Positions 43,501-52,835 of a stretch of 64,000 nt of DNA are shown piece by piece. Both the position numbers and the translations under genes were made by a program. Position 1 is the stretch's first letter, and every line of letters begins with the position of its first letter. The notes under the pieces are model-generated. The model had not been told where the DNA came from. It did not search any database and was given only the letters and a program-made list of their open reading frames with translations. This DNA is from Betaproteobacteria bacterium (GTDB taxonomy: Bacteria > Pseudomonadota > Gammaproteobacteria > Burkholderiales > Casimicrobiaceae): positions 4,734 to 68,733 of the forward strand of contig VBCY01000075.1 in NCBI GenBank assembly GCA_005882995.1. Direction: 5' to 3'.

Positions 43501-44573
43501 TGAGCCAGTTCTGCGCAAAACGCCTGGGCGAACCCTTGCCCGATGACGCTTGGAGCACGATCGAACCCCCGCAACACTTGCAGACGAACGTCCGTGTGAT
43601 CGATGCCGCCGGCGAGGAGCTTGCTCAAGGCCGCGACCTCGCGACGCTGCGTGCCAAGCTGGGCGAGGCGGCGCAGATCTCGTTCGCGGCGGACGGCCCT
43701 GGGTTTGAGCGCAGCGGCATCAAGCTCTGGGATTTCGGAGATCTGCCGGAGTCGCTGAGCTTTGTTCGCGACGGCAGGCGGGTTACCGGCTATCCCGCGC
43801 TGGTCGATCACGGCGAGAGCGTTGCGCTCAAGCTCTACGATACCCGCGCCGCAGCGGAGGAAGCGACCCGCACCGCGGAGGTGCGCCTCATCCGTTTTCA
43901 GCTGAAGGATGCGCTTCGCCGTTGGGACCGCGACCCGCCGGGATTCGCCGCGGCCGCGCTTCAATTGAAGCCGGCGCTCTCCACGGATGCGCTGCTCGCC
44001 GATGTGATAAGCGCCATCGGCATCCGGGCCTTTATCGGTGACGATGACTTGCCCCGATCTGCCCACGCATTTGCCGAGCAGGTCCGCCGCGCCCGCACTC
44101 GACTGCCCGCGGTAGCCGAGGGTGCGTTTCGCACACTTGCGGAGATCGCCACCGAGTTCCATACACTCTCCCGGCAGATTGCCGCCCTGCCGCGCTCGAG
44201 CGCGCGCTTCGCATCCGAAATTGCGGCGCAACGCGATGCCCTGGTGCACCCCGGATTCTTCTCGGCGACTCCCTGGACGCAGCTATCGCATCTGCCGAGG
44301 TACCTGCGGGCGCTGCAAAGACGTCTCGCGAAATACACGGCCGACCCGGCTCGCGACGCCAGACACGGCGAGGCAGTCGATGCGCTGTGGCGGCGCTACC
44401 GCGCCGGGGTCGAGGCGAACCGCGCTGCACAGCGGGTCGAGCCCAAGCTGGAGGCGTTTCGATGGCTGATCGAGGAGCTCAGAGTCTCCCTGTTCGCGCA
44501 GGAGCTCGGGACGGCTCTGCCGGTGTCATACAAACGTCTGGAAAAGGCCTGGAGGGAGCTTTCTCGGCGATAA
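40533..44573 (+). CDS. hrpA: ATP-dependent RNA helicase HrpA
   Basis: DEAH-box helicase: GETGSGKTTQLPK, DEAHERS, TNVAESSLTVPG, QRAGRCGR. It also has HA2/OB and the long HrpA C-terminal domain. 1346 aa. Confidence 0.95.
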   Translation: MTSAALTERLITELADGMAADWEKLSPRILRLGRGNASAAEIDRVASAVAASRERALRRAETLPAISYPTELPVAERRDEIAGAIAAHPVVIVCGETGSGKTTQLPKICLEIGRGVRGLIGHTQPRRIAARSVASRIAQELGTTVGELVGYKVRFTDRTRPDAYIKLMTDGILLAETQSDRRLAAYDTIIVDEAHERSLNIDFLLGYLKRLQRERYDLKIVVTSATLDVQRFARHFGDRAKPAPVIEVSGRTYPVEVRYRPLVQDEEDDEEKLEEAIVSSAEDLWREGPGDILVFLPGEREIRETSELLTRSLARRPYASMVEILPLYARLAVEKQQRIFARSNGRRIVLATNVAESSLTVPGVRSVIDSGLARVRRYSLRNKVTLLQIEKIAQAAANQRAGRCGRVAAGVCVRLFSEDDFASRAQYTDPEIMRSSLAGVILRMAALDLGAVEEFPFLEAPAPRAVADGYQLLQELGAMDAQRRLSSLPPPDDQAGSSAARRPQAPIRPVASPPRGAPAFRLTSLGRDLAKLPVDPRVGRMILGGRDEHCLAEILVIASALAVPDPRERPLEQRQAADQAHLRFRDQRSDFLSLLALWQFFADALAEGLAHRQLVDRCRTHFVSYLRLTEWRDLHRQLSEQLVELGWKWAESRPAKIDDARYAAIHRALLSGLLSNIGARAEDGEHYLGARGLKFFLHPASGITRSAAKWILAAELTETTRLYARCAAKVDPEWIESVAGDRVDRTAFDPHWDPARGEVVGAERVSLYGLTLVPRRRISYASIDAAVAHEVFLREALAGNQLTTKAPFATHNRKLLAEIAELENKARRQDVLVDEEAMVAFYAQRIPLEVHSSTTFERWRQVAEAKDPKALFMTREALMRHAAANVTEEQYPEFMEMAGSRLPLKYRFSPGHPMDGLTLNVPLPLLNQIDDARLSWLVPGMVREKATWYLRALPKGWRGRLMPVPEVVTAFLEAAERDPGYRSLPFAEALSQFCAKRLGEPLPDDAWSTIEPPQHLQTNVRVIDAAGEELAQGRDLATLRAKLGEAAQISFAADGPGFERSGIKLWDFGDLPESLSFVRDGRRVTGYPALVDHGESVALKLYDTRAAAEEATRTAEVRLIRFQLKDALRRWDRDPPGFAAAALQLKPALSTDALLADVISAIGIRAFIGDDDLPRSAHAFAEQVRRARTRLPAVAEGAFRTLAEIATEFHTLSRQIAALPRSSARFASEIAAQRDALVHPGFFSATPWTQLSHLPRYLRALQRRLAKYTADPARDARHGEAVDALWRRYRAGVEANRAAQRVEPKLEAFRWLIEELRVSLFAQELGTALPVSYKRLEKAWRELSRR

Positions 44574-44696
44574 GAGGAGCTTTTATGCGTTGGCGTGCCG
44601 AAAGCGCGCGTGATACAGTAACTTGCCGTTAGTTTAAGGTAGGGAGGCGCAAGCCGCGCTAGACCCGCCTCGCTGGACCGAGAGAAGGACCATGGA

Positions 44697-47114
44697 GTGA
44701 GCGCGACAACCCTGCCCGGCGATCGCGGCGCCGTCCGCCGCCCTGCGCCCAAGGATTCCGCAAGAATCCTCGGCGACTGTCGCGATCTGGCCATCCATCG
44801 CCTGCTCCTGTCATTTACGTCGCTGCTCGATCGCGTCGCCGAGCTGCTGATGGCGCGCGCCGAGCGATCCGACGTACGCGAGGAGCAGGTCCTTTGTCTC
44901 GACGCGCGCGGCCTTCTGCACGAACGGCGTGCGCTGCTGATGGCCGATTTCGAAAAGCAACTGCGCAACCGCGTCAACGAGCGGATTGCCGGCAAAGTCG
45001 ATCAGAAGCAGGCTTTCGCTTCGGTCGATGCCGGGAAGCTCACGCTCGTTGACACCACCGCGATGGACGAGTCGGTTCTGTCCGGAAATATCGTACGCGT
45101 GGTCGAGAATCTGTGCGAAGGGGAGCTGCGCGAGCTCAACCAGGCGCTCGGCTACCTTCTTGACCGGCCCGAGCTGGAGACATCGACGAACCCGCTTGCG
45201 CCGACCACTATCGTGGAATCGTTCACCGAGGCGCTGCATGGCATCGACGGCGAGCAGCGCGTCAAGCTGATCATCCTGAAGGAGCTCAATCAGACTTCAC
45301 TCGAAGACATCAACGCGATCTACGCCGATCTCAACCGCCATCTGGAAAATCTCAAGATCATTCCGAAGTTGCGCTCAGCGTACCTTCAGCATCGCGGTCC
45401 AGGGGTGGGCGATCGTACGGGGGGCGATGGCAAGCCGCCTTCCATTGCACCGGCGTCTGCGCCATTGGCGGGGCACGCTCCCTCTGCTGAGATCGATCTG
45501 CTGGCGCTGCTGCAGCGGCTTGCGGGATCGGGGCTGATGCGAACGACGCCGGCGCCACCGTCCGGACTCGGTGGCGCTTCGGCAGCAGCCGGATATGCGC
45601 TCTCTCAGTCCTGGCCGTCGGGGCCAGGAGCGCAAGGCATGCCTGGCGGCTACGGCGCTGACGCTGGGATGCCGACCATGGGGCCATTCGGCGGCCCGCG
45701 GATCCTCGTGACGCCTGAGCTCGGCGACGCCCTCGGTCGGCTGCAGCATGGCGAGGCCGGTTTCGACTTCGGCGGGATTCCGGTCCACTTCTCGGGTCTG
45801 CAGCAGGACATGCATAACGTCCTGCGCGATTTGCAGGAGTCGCCACTCGGGGCGCGAGCCAACCAGCTCGAGGCGATGACCATCGAGCTGGTGGCGATGC
45901 TGTTCGATTTCATATTCGAGACCAAGGACTTGCCCGACAGCATCAAGGCGCTGATCGGCCGGCTGCAGATTCCGGTACTCAAGGCCGCGATGCTCGACGG
46001 CGCGTTCTTCTCCAGGAAGTCGCATCCGTCGAGGCTGCTGGTGAACGCGCTGGCGCACGCAGGCATCGGCTGGTCACCGACGATGGGCCAGGACGATCCG
46101 CTGTACCGAAAAATCGAGGCGATCGTTCATCGCGTGCTCGATGAGTTCACCGACGACATCGGCCTGTTCGACACATTGCGCAAGGACCTCGAGGCGTTCC
46201 TTGCCAGCGAAGAAAAAGCGGCCGAGATCAACGTCCAGTCGACGGCCGAGGAAATCAATCAACGCGATCGGCAGGAGATCGCCACCACGGTGGCTCGTGC
46301 CGAGATAGAACGAAGGCTGCGGGAACACCCGGCGCCCAACTTCCTGGCAACCTTCCTCCGGGAAAAGTGGCTGGAAACGCTGGCGCAACTCTACCTGCAG
46401 GAGGGCGAGGAAGGCGAAGCGTGGACCTCAGCGCTGTCGACGCTCGACGATCTGGTCTGGAGCGTTCAGCCCAAGCGCGCCAACGAGGACCGCAAGAAGC
46501 TCGTGGCCATGCTGCGCAACCTGTTGCGGCGACTGCACGGTGGTCTGCACAACGTGAGCTGGGAGCCGGCCGAGCGCGACCAGTTCATGGCCAATCTGGT
46601 CGCGGCCCACGCCGCCGCGGTCAGGTCCGGCCTGGCTTCGACTACGGTGCCGACGACTGCGGTATCGGAAGCGGCAGCGGCGGCAGCAGAAGCGGCCACG
46701 GCGAAGGGCGATATCGACGCCGCCAGTAAGGCCCGTGCGCTCGCCGAGGCGATGGCTCCGGCGCCACCGGCGCCCGAGCCGGCGTCGGACGCCCCGATCC
46801 CGCCGGATCGGTTCGCCGAAATTGCCGGCAGTCTCGAACGCGGCATATGGGTCGAGTTCGAGGGTGAGGATGGACAGCTCGCATTCGCCAAGCTCGCCTG
46901 GGTGAGTCCGCTGCGCGGCACCTATCTCTTCACCAACCGCCAGGGTCAGAAGGCAGTCTCGCTTACGGCGGACGAGCTCGCGGATCGCTTTCGCAACGAT
47001 CGTGCGCGACTGGTCGAGGCCGAGCCGCTGGTGGATCGCGCCTTCGTCAGCATGATGGCGTCGATCGAGGAAAAATTCAGCAGTGAATCGGCACGGGCTG
47101 CACAGCCTGCCTGA
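44697..47114 (+). CDS. DUF1631 family protein
   Basis: 805 aa. The N-terminus (ILGDCRDLAIHRLLLSFTSLLDRVAELL...) and overall layout resemble the DUF1631 proteins of Pseudomonas and Xanthomonas. GTG start. Function unknown. Confidence 0.75.
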   Translation: MSATTLPGDRGAVRRPAPKDSARILGDCRDLAIHRLLLSFTSLLDRVAELLMARAERSDVREEQVLCLDARGLLHERRALLMADFEKQLRNRVNERIAGKVDQKQAFASVDAGKLTLVDTTAMDESVLSGNIVRVVENLCEGELRELNQALGYLLDRPELETSTNPLAPTTIVESFTEALHGIDGEQRVKLIILKELNQTSLEDINAIYADLNRHLENLKIIPKLRSAYLQHRGPGVGDRTGGDGKPPSIAPASAPLAGHAPSAEIDLLALLQRLAGSGLMRTTPAPPSGLGGASAAAGYALSQSWPSGPGAQGMPGGYGADAGMPTMGPFGGPRILVTPELGDALGRLQHGEAGFDFGGIPVHFSGLQQDMHNVLRDLQESPLGARANQLEAMTIELVAMLFDFIFETKDLPDSIKALIGRLQIPVLKAAMLDGAFFSRKSHPSRLLVNALAHAGIGWSPTMGQDDPLYRKIEAIVHRVLDEFTDDIGLFDTLRKDLEAFLASEEKAAEINVQSTAEEINQRDRQEIATTVARAEIERRLREHPAPNFLATFLREKWLETLAQLYLQEGEEGEAWTSALSTLDDLVWSVQPKRANEDRKKLVAMLRNLLRRLHGGLHNVSWEPAERDQFMANLVAAHAAAVRSGLASTTVPTTAVSEAAAAAAEAATAKGDIDAASKARALAEAMAPAPPAPEPASDAPIPPDRFAEIAGSLERGIWVEFEGEDGQLAFAKLAWVSPLRGTYLFTNRQGQKAVSLTADELADRFRNDRARLVEAEPLVDRAFVSMMASIEEKFSSESARAAQPA

Positions 47115-47128
47115 GGAAAATTCCACGC

Positions 47129-48169
47129 TCAAGTCCCTGGTACTGAGGCGAGCGCGTCGGCAATTTCTGCCACCAGATGCGGTCCTCGGTAGATGAGACC
47201 GGTATAGACCTGCACCAGCGTAGCTCCGGCGTCGATCTTTGCCTTGGCGTCGGCGACTGACATGATGCCGCCGGCCCCGATGATCGGAATAGCACCATCG
47301 AGCTTGGCAGCGAGGGCGCGAATCACCGAAGTCGATCGCTCGGTCAGGGGACGCCCCGAAAGCCCTCCGGCTTCCTGGGCGAGCTCCGATCCCTTGAGCA
47401 TGCTGCGATCGATCGTGGTGTTGGTCGCAATGACGCCGTCGATTCCATGCGCAATCAACGAGCGCGCAATCATCGCCAGGTCCGTGGATTCCAGGTCTGG
47501 CGAAATCTTGACCACCAATGGTGTGTACTTGCCATGTTTCTGCGCGAGCTTCGCCTGCTCGGCCTTGAGTCCCGAGAGAAGGGGTTTGAGTGCGCCTGGT
47601 TCCTGCAGCGCACGCAGGCCAGCCGTGTTGGGGGAAGAGATGTTCACCGTGACGTAGCTCGCGTGAACGTACACTGCCTTCAGACAGGCCCGGTAGTCAT
47701 CGATCGCGCGCGCATTCGGCGTGTCGAAGTTCCTCCCGATGTTGAGTCCCAGAACGTTGCCGTTCTTCGGCCCGAAGCGCGCGCGCTGCACGTTGGCGAT
47801 GAAGCGCTCGATGCCTTCGTTATTGAACCCAAGCCGGTTGATGAGAGCGTTGGCTTGAGACAATCGGAACAGTCGAGGCCTGGGGTTCCCAGGCTGAGGG
47901 CGCGGCGTCACCGTGCCGCATTCGATGAATCCGAATCCTAGCGTCGCCAGCCCATCGATGTGAGCGGCGTTCTTGTCGAGACCTGCGGCGAGCCCGACCC
48001 GGTTCGGAAACTTGAGCCCCATCGCGTCGATCGGAGATGAGCGTACCCGGGGTGCAATGAGGCGCGCAATCCCCGATGCCGCCGCTGCATCGAGCCCGGC
48101 GAGGGCTACCTCATGTGCGGTTTCCGGGTCGAGCGCGAACAGCAACGGACGAGACAACGAATAGAGCAT
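47129..48169 (-). CDS. pyrD: dihydroorotate dehydrogenase (quinone), class 2
   Basis: ATG 48169: [20 protein letters not shown] aligns with the E. coli PyrD N-terminus. Also [13 protein letters not shown] and GVIATNTT. The listed start at 48289 runs into the MITE. Confidence 0.93.
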   Translation of the reverse strand: MLYSLSRPLLFALDPETAHEVALAGLDAAAASGIARLIAPRVRSSPIDAMGLKFPNRVGLAAGLDKNAAHIDGLATLGFGFIECGTVTPRPQPGNPRPRLFRLSQANALINRLGFNNEGIERFIANVQRARFGPKNGNVLGLNIGRNFDTPNARAIDDYRACLKAVYVHASYVTVNISSPNTAGLRALQEPGALKPLLSGLKAEQAKLAQKHGKYTPLVVKISPDLESTDLAMIARSLIAHGIDGVIATNTTIDRSMLKGSELAQEAGGLSGRPLTERSTSVIRALAAKLDGAIPIIGAGGIMSVADAKAKIDAGATLVQVYTGLIYRGPHLVAEIADALASVPGT

Positions 48170-48231
48170 CCACCCAGAGACAGCAGCAAGCGCCAGTAAA
48201 GCGCGGCCGGATGATAGCATTCTGTCCCCAA

Positions 48232-48504
48232 GGAGCCTGTCGGGCTTGCTGTCATGTATGCGTTGCTGGCCAAACGGCGATGGATGCAAGGCGCTCTGCG
48301 CAGCGAATAGCTTGGCCTATTCGCAAGCCGAGCAACGCTGCAGGCGCGCCGTTTGGCCGCAACCCGGAGGGACGGGGGCGCTTTGGGGACAATTCCGTTG
48401 TTGCCGGCCGCTTGCAGTGGGCCGGCACTGCGGCGCGGCCGGCGCCTAGGACTGCCCACCAAAGCGCCTCCGTCGCATACGCGACAGTAAACCCGACAGG
48501 CTCC
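48232..48504. mobile_element. MITE-like element, copy B (inverted relative to copy A)
   Basis: The reverse complement of 48232-48504 aligns end to end with 8298-8569, with about 11 differences including 1 indel. It sits in the divergent pyrD/mltB promoter region and ends 4 nt before the first mltB ATG. Confidence 0.7.
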
Positions 48505-48508
48505 CAGG

Positions 48509-49555
48509 ATGGACGTCAAGACGCTTGAGCGAACGTGCGAGCCGCTGCGAATGCTTGTTTGCCTCGTCGCTGTTGCTCTGTCGTTGCTTCCCCACGGCCC
48601 CGTGCAGGCGGCGGCGCAGGAGAGTTACGCGGCGCGCCCGGAGGTACAGAACTTCATTGCCGAGCTCGCGGAGCGCGATGGATTCGACGTCAAGGCATTG
48701 CGCCGGCTGTTTTCGCAAGCGCATTTTCAGCCTGGAATCATTGCCGCGATGTCGCGGCCGTTGACGGCGCCGCCGCAATGGCACGAGTACGCGCCGCGCT
48801 TCGTCAATCCGGCCCGCATCGAGTCGGGAGTCGCGTTCTGGCGCGATAACGCAGCGGCGCTGGGGCGGGCCGAGAAGGAATTCGGAGTCCCTGCCGAGGT
48901 GATCGTCGCGATCATCGGCGTCGAAACCAATTACGGGCGCAACACCGGATCGTATCGTGTGCTCGACGCTCTCACGACGCTGGCTTTCGACTACCCGCGA
49001 CGCGCCGAATTCTATCGAGGCGAGCTCGAGCAGTTCCTCCTTCTCGCGCGCGAACAGCGGATATCTCCTTTGCTACCGAGCGGTTCATACGCCGGGGCCA
49101 TCGGCATCCCGCAATTCATGCCGGGAAGCTGGCGCGCGTACGCGGTCGACTTTGACCGTGACGGCTCGATCGATCTCGAGCACGATGTCGCAGACGCCGT
49201 AGGCAGCGTGGCAAACTTTCTCGCGCGCCATGGCTGGCAGCCCGAACAGCCGGTGATGGCAGCGGTGAGCATTGCTCAAGAGAGCGAAAGCGACGTTGCC
49301 TCGACGCTCGATGGAGGCATCGCCGAGCGGCGAGCGCTCGCAGACTGGGTACGCGCCGGCGTGTCCGGCTTTGCCATTCCCGACAATCTTGCCCCGGAGC
49401 CGGTCGGGGTGGTCATGCTCGAAGAGCGCACAGCAGCGTCGTACTGGCTCGTGTTCAACAACTGGTATGTGCTGACTCGCTACAACCGTAGCCGTCTTTA
49501 TGCCTCTGCCGTGCAAGCCTTGGCGCAGGCGATTCGGGAGGCGGCGGCGCGTTGA
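48509..49555 (+). CDS. mltB: lytic murein transglycosylase B
   Basis: FGVPAEVIVAIIGVETNYG (catalytic Glu), YAGAIGIPQFMPGS, and a C-terminal NWYVLTRYNRS..YA. An alternative ATG at 48551 begins the signal peptide MLVCLVAVALSLL. Confidence 0.9.
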   Translation: MDVKTLERTCEPLRMLVCLVAVALSLLPHGPVQAAAQESYAARPEVQNFIAELAERDGFDVKALRRLFSQAHFQPGIIAAMSRPLTAPPQWHEYAPRFVNPARIESGVAFWRDNAAALGRAEKEFGVPAEVIVAIIGVETNYGRNTGSYRVLDALTTLAFDYPRRAEFYRGELEQFLLLAREQRISPLLPSGSYAGAIGIPQFMPGSWRAYAVDFDRDGSIDLEHDVADAVGSVANFLARHGWQPEQPVMAAVSIAQESESDVASTLDGGIAERRALADWVRAGVSGFAIPDNLAPEPVGVVMLEERTAASYWLVFNNWYVLTRYNRSRLYASAVQALAQAIREAAAR

Positions 49556-49713
49556 AGCTTGTTGCCCGCGCACTTCTCCATCATCATCGGAAACGATTGT
49601 TCTCGCCACAATGTTGGCGCAGAATCAACTCGACAGCGACCACCCGTTGCACGATGGAAAATCCGCAAGCGGTGGGTGGCCGCGTGGTACCGATTGCAGG
49701 ATGAGGTAGTCAA

Positions 49714-49980
49714 ATGCACCAATTCTGGGACACGGCGCCATTCTGGGCGCCGATCGTTGTACTCGTGATTATCGTCGCGCTCGGCATCCCGCACTTCAGG
49801 CGGTGGCGAACGGAAATCGGATTGAAGCGCAGCGCAGGACCGTTCCCCCTGGAGACCGAGGAGGACCCGCTGGATTCTTCTCACATCGGCTTTGCGCCAT
49901 TGGGTTCGGCAAAGAAGCGGCCCGAACGCCGCTTTAGATCGTCAAAGAGCTCGCGCGGCGGCAACGAGAAGCTTCGGTGA
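49714..49980 (+). CDS. hypothetical small membrane protein
   Basis: GAGG lies 7 nt upstream of the ATG. There is one TM helix (APFWAPIVVLVIIVALGIP) followed by a basic tail. It lies in the 514-nt mltB-ppc gap. No family recognised. Confidence 0.3.
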   Translation: MHQFWDTAPFWAPIVVLVIIVALGIPHFRRWRTEIGLKRSAGPFPLETEEDPLDSSHIGFAPLGSAKKRPERRFRSSKSSRGGNEKLR

Positions 49981-50068
49981 CGCCTCGCGAGCGCTGAGCG
50001 AGCGCGGACGGCGACGCTCGCGTCGGCGAGGCGATTTCGAACGCGTTAGGGCAACATTCCCATCACCC

Positions 50069-52822
50069 ATGGACGTCGCGCTCGATAAGGACCTGCCGCT
50101 CAAGGAAGACACGCGCTTGCTCGGACGAATGCTCGGCAACGTGCTTCGCGCCCAAGCGGGAGAAAAGGCTTTTGCGCGCATCGAGGCGATCAGGCAGACG
50201 GCGATTCGCTTCCGGCGCTCGGGTGGCGGTGACGCGCCCTCGGTTAAACGCGAACTCGAAGCACTCCTCAGCGATTTGCCAATCGGTCAGGCGCTCGATG
50301 TCGTGCGCGCGTTTTCATATTTTTCGCATCTGGTCAACATCGCCGAGGATGTTCACCAGAACCGGCGCAGGCGCGCGCATGCCATTGCCGGATCCGCGCC
50401 GCAGACGGGGAGTATCGCGCACGCACTCGACGCGCTCGAATGTGCCGGCGTCGGCGGCGAAGCGGTTGAAAGCTGGTTAACAGGAGCGATATTGAGTCCG
50501 GTGCTCACCGCGCACCCTACCGAAGTTCAACGTCAAAGCATCCTCGATGCCGAACGCGAAATTGCCCGGCTGCTGCAATGGCGCGATCGCGTAGAGCTCA
50601 CTGCGGAAGAGGCCGCTGAGCTCGAGGCCTCGGTGTACCGCCACATTCTCGCTCTGTGGCAGACGGCGATGCTGAGGCTTTCGAGATTGCGTGTGCTCGA
50701 CGAAATCGAAAACGGTCTCGCCTATTACCGTTACACCTTTCTCGAACAGCTGCCGCGGCTCTATGCCATGCTGGAGCGGCGCTTGCAGCGCGATCCTGGC
50801 ACGTCGCGGTTCCGTCTGCCGCCGTTTCTGCGCATGGGATCGTGGATTGGCGGCGATCGAGACGGCAATCCTAACGTCGTCGCTGACACGCTGACCTATG
50901 CCATACGCGCCCAATCCGCCGTTGCATTCGCGCACTATCTGGAGCAAGCGCATCGTCTCGGTGCGGAGCTTTCGCTCTCGACACGGTTGGTTCATCCCAC
51001 CGATGAGTTGCTGGCGCTTGCTGCCGTGGCGCGCGACACCAACCCGCACCGTCAGGACGAGCCATACCGTCAGGCATTGATCGGCGTCTATGCACGACTC
51101 GCGGCGACTGCTCGCGGTCTCGCCGGCTATGTTCCTCCTCGCGTGCCGCACGGCGAGCTCGCACCCTACGCAGCGCCTGCCGAACTGCTCGATGAGCTGT
51201 GGACGATCCGCCGTTCGCTCTTCGCGCACGGAGGCGAAGCACTGGCGCAAGGCAGACTCGATCCGTTGATCCGCGCCGTCGAGGTGTTCGGCTTCCATCT
51301 CGCCGCGTTCGATCTACGCCAGAACTCTGACGTCCATGAGAGCGTGGTCGGCGAGCTGCTCGAACGTGCGGGGGTCACGGGAAGTTATGCCACGATGTCC
51401 GAGCAGGAGCGCGTTACGCTGCTCACGCGCGAGCTCGCCGTTCCGAGATTGCTGCACACGCCCCACCTCGAATACTCTGCGCGCACCGCATCGGAGCTGG
51501 CGATCCTCGAGGTGGCGGCCGGTATCCATAATCGCTTCGGCGCCGAAGCCGTCGCCAACTACGTCATTTCCAAATGCCAGTCAGTGAGCGATCTGCTCGA
51601 AGTCGGCATATTGCTGAAGGAAGTGGGACTGCTGCGCGGGACGCGCCTCGCGCTCAACATCGTCCCTCTTTTCGAGACCATCGAGGACTTGCGAGGCGCC
51701 GCCCAAACCATGCACTCCGCGTTCGCGTTGCCCTGCTACCGCGCCTGGCTGTCGGCACACGGCAACTTTCAGGAGGTCATGCTCGGCTATTCTGACAGCA
51801 ACAAGGACGGTGGATATCTGGCCGCGAACTGGGCCCTCTATCGCGCCGAGCTCTCGCTCGTCCAGGCATTTCGAAGCGACGGCGTGAAGCTGCGGCTGTT
51901 TCATGGACGGGGAGGCACCGTTGGACGCGGCGGCGGGCCCAGTTACGAAGCGATTCTTGCTCAGCCGGCGGGAAGCGTGAACGGCGGGCTGCGCATCACA
52001 GAGCAGGGCGAAATCATCGCCAGCAAGTACTCCGATCCGGAGCTTGGCCGCCGTAACCTGGAGGCACTGATTGCCGCGACGCTGGAAGCCAGTCTGCTCG
52101 ACGCAGAGGCCTTAGGCGAGCGTGCCGATCGCTATTACGCTGCGTTGGATGCGCTTGCGGCGCACGCGCTCGGAGCGTACCGCCAGTTGGTGTATGAGAC
52201 GCCCGGGTTCGTGGACTATTTTCGCGCTACCACGCCGATCGCCGAAATCGCCGAGCTCAATATCGGAAGCCGTCCCGCGTCGCGAGGCACTTCGTTGAAG
52301 ATCGAAGACTTGCGCGCGATCCCCTGGGTCTTCAGCTGGGGACAGTGCCGGCTCATGCTGCCGGGTTGGTTTGGATTCGCCTCGGCGGTCGACGCCTGGA
52401 CAAAAGAGCGCTCCGACGGGCTTGTTCTCCTGCGCGAGATGCACGAACGATGGCTGTTCTTTCGCAGCATCGTGTCGAACATGTCGATGGTGCTCGCCAA
52501 GACCGACCTCGCGGTGGCTTCCCGCTATGCAGAGCTGATGCCGGAAATCGCTATTCGCGACCGCATTTTTTCGCGCATTGCCGCCGAGCACCGGCACACG
52601 GTGGAACTGCTGGCTTCCATCACGGGTGAGGAGACGCTGCTCTTCGACAACCCGACGCTGGCGCGCAGCATCCGTGATCGTTTTCCTTACCTCGACCCGC
52701 TAAACCATCTGCAAGTGGAGCTTCTTCGACGCTACCGAAGCGGGCAGACCGACGAGCGCACCCGGCGCGCGATCCATCTGACGATCAATGGGCTGGCAGC
52801 GGGATTGCGAAACAGCGGTTGA
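50069..52822 (+). CDS. ppc: phosphoenolpyruvate carboxylase
   Basis: ATG 50069: MDVALDKDLPLKEDTRLLGRMLG. Also VLTAHPTE, GYSDSNKDGG, FHGRGGTVGRGGGP and a C-terminal INGLAAGLRNSG. Confidence 0.95.
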   Translation: MDVALDKDLPLKEDTRLLGRMLGNVLRAQAGEKAFARIEAIRQTAIRFRRSGGGDAPSVKRELEALLSDLPIGQALDVVRAFSYFSHLVNIAEDVHQNRRRRAHAIAGSAPQTGSIAHALDALECAGVGGEAVESWLTGAILSPVLTAHPTEVQRQSILDAEREIARLLQWRDRVELTAEEAAELEASVYRHILALWQTAMLRLSRLRVLDEIENGLAYYRYTFLEQLPRLYAMLERRLQRDPGTSRFRLPPFLRMGSWIGGDRDGNPNVVADTLTYAIRAQSAVAFAHYLEQAHRLGAELSLSTRLVHPTDELLALAAVARDTNPHRQDEPYRQALIGVYARLAATARGLAGYVPPRVPHGELAPYAAPAELLDELWTIRRSLFAHGGEALAQGRLDPLIRAVEVFGFHLAAFDLRQNSDVHESVVGELLERAGVTGSYATMSEQERVTLLTRELAVPRLLHTPHLEYSARTASELAILEVAAGIHNRFGAEAVANYVISKCQSVSDLLEVGILLKEVGLLRGTRLALNIVPLFETIEDLRGAAQTMHSAFALPCYRAWLSAHGNFQEVMLGYSDSNKDGGYLAANWALYRAELSLVQAFRSDGVKLRLFHGRGGTVGRGGGPSYEAILAQPAGSVNGGLRITEQGEIIASKYSDPELGRRNLEALIAATLEASLLDAEALGERADRYYAALDALAAHALGAYRQLVYETPGFVDYFRATTPIAEIAELNIGSRPASRGTSLKIEDLRAIPWVFSWGQCRLMLPGWFGFASAVDAWTKERSDGLVLLREMHERWLFFRSIVSNMSMVLAKTDLAVASRYAELMPEIAIRDRIFSRIAAEHRHTVELLASITGEETLLFDNPTLARSIRDRFPYLDPLNHLQVELLRRYRSGQTDERTRRAIHLTINGLAAGLRNSG

Positions 52823-52835
52823 CGTACTCACATCG

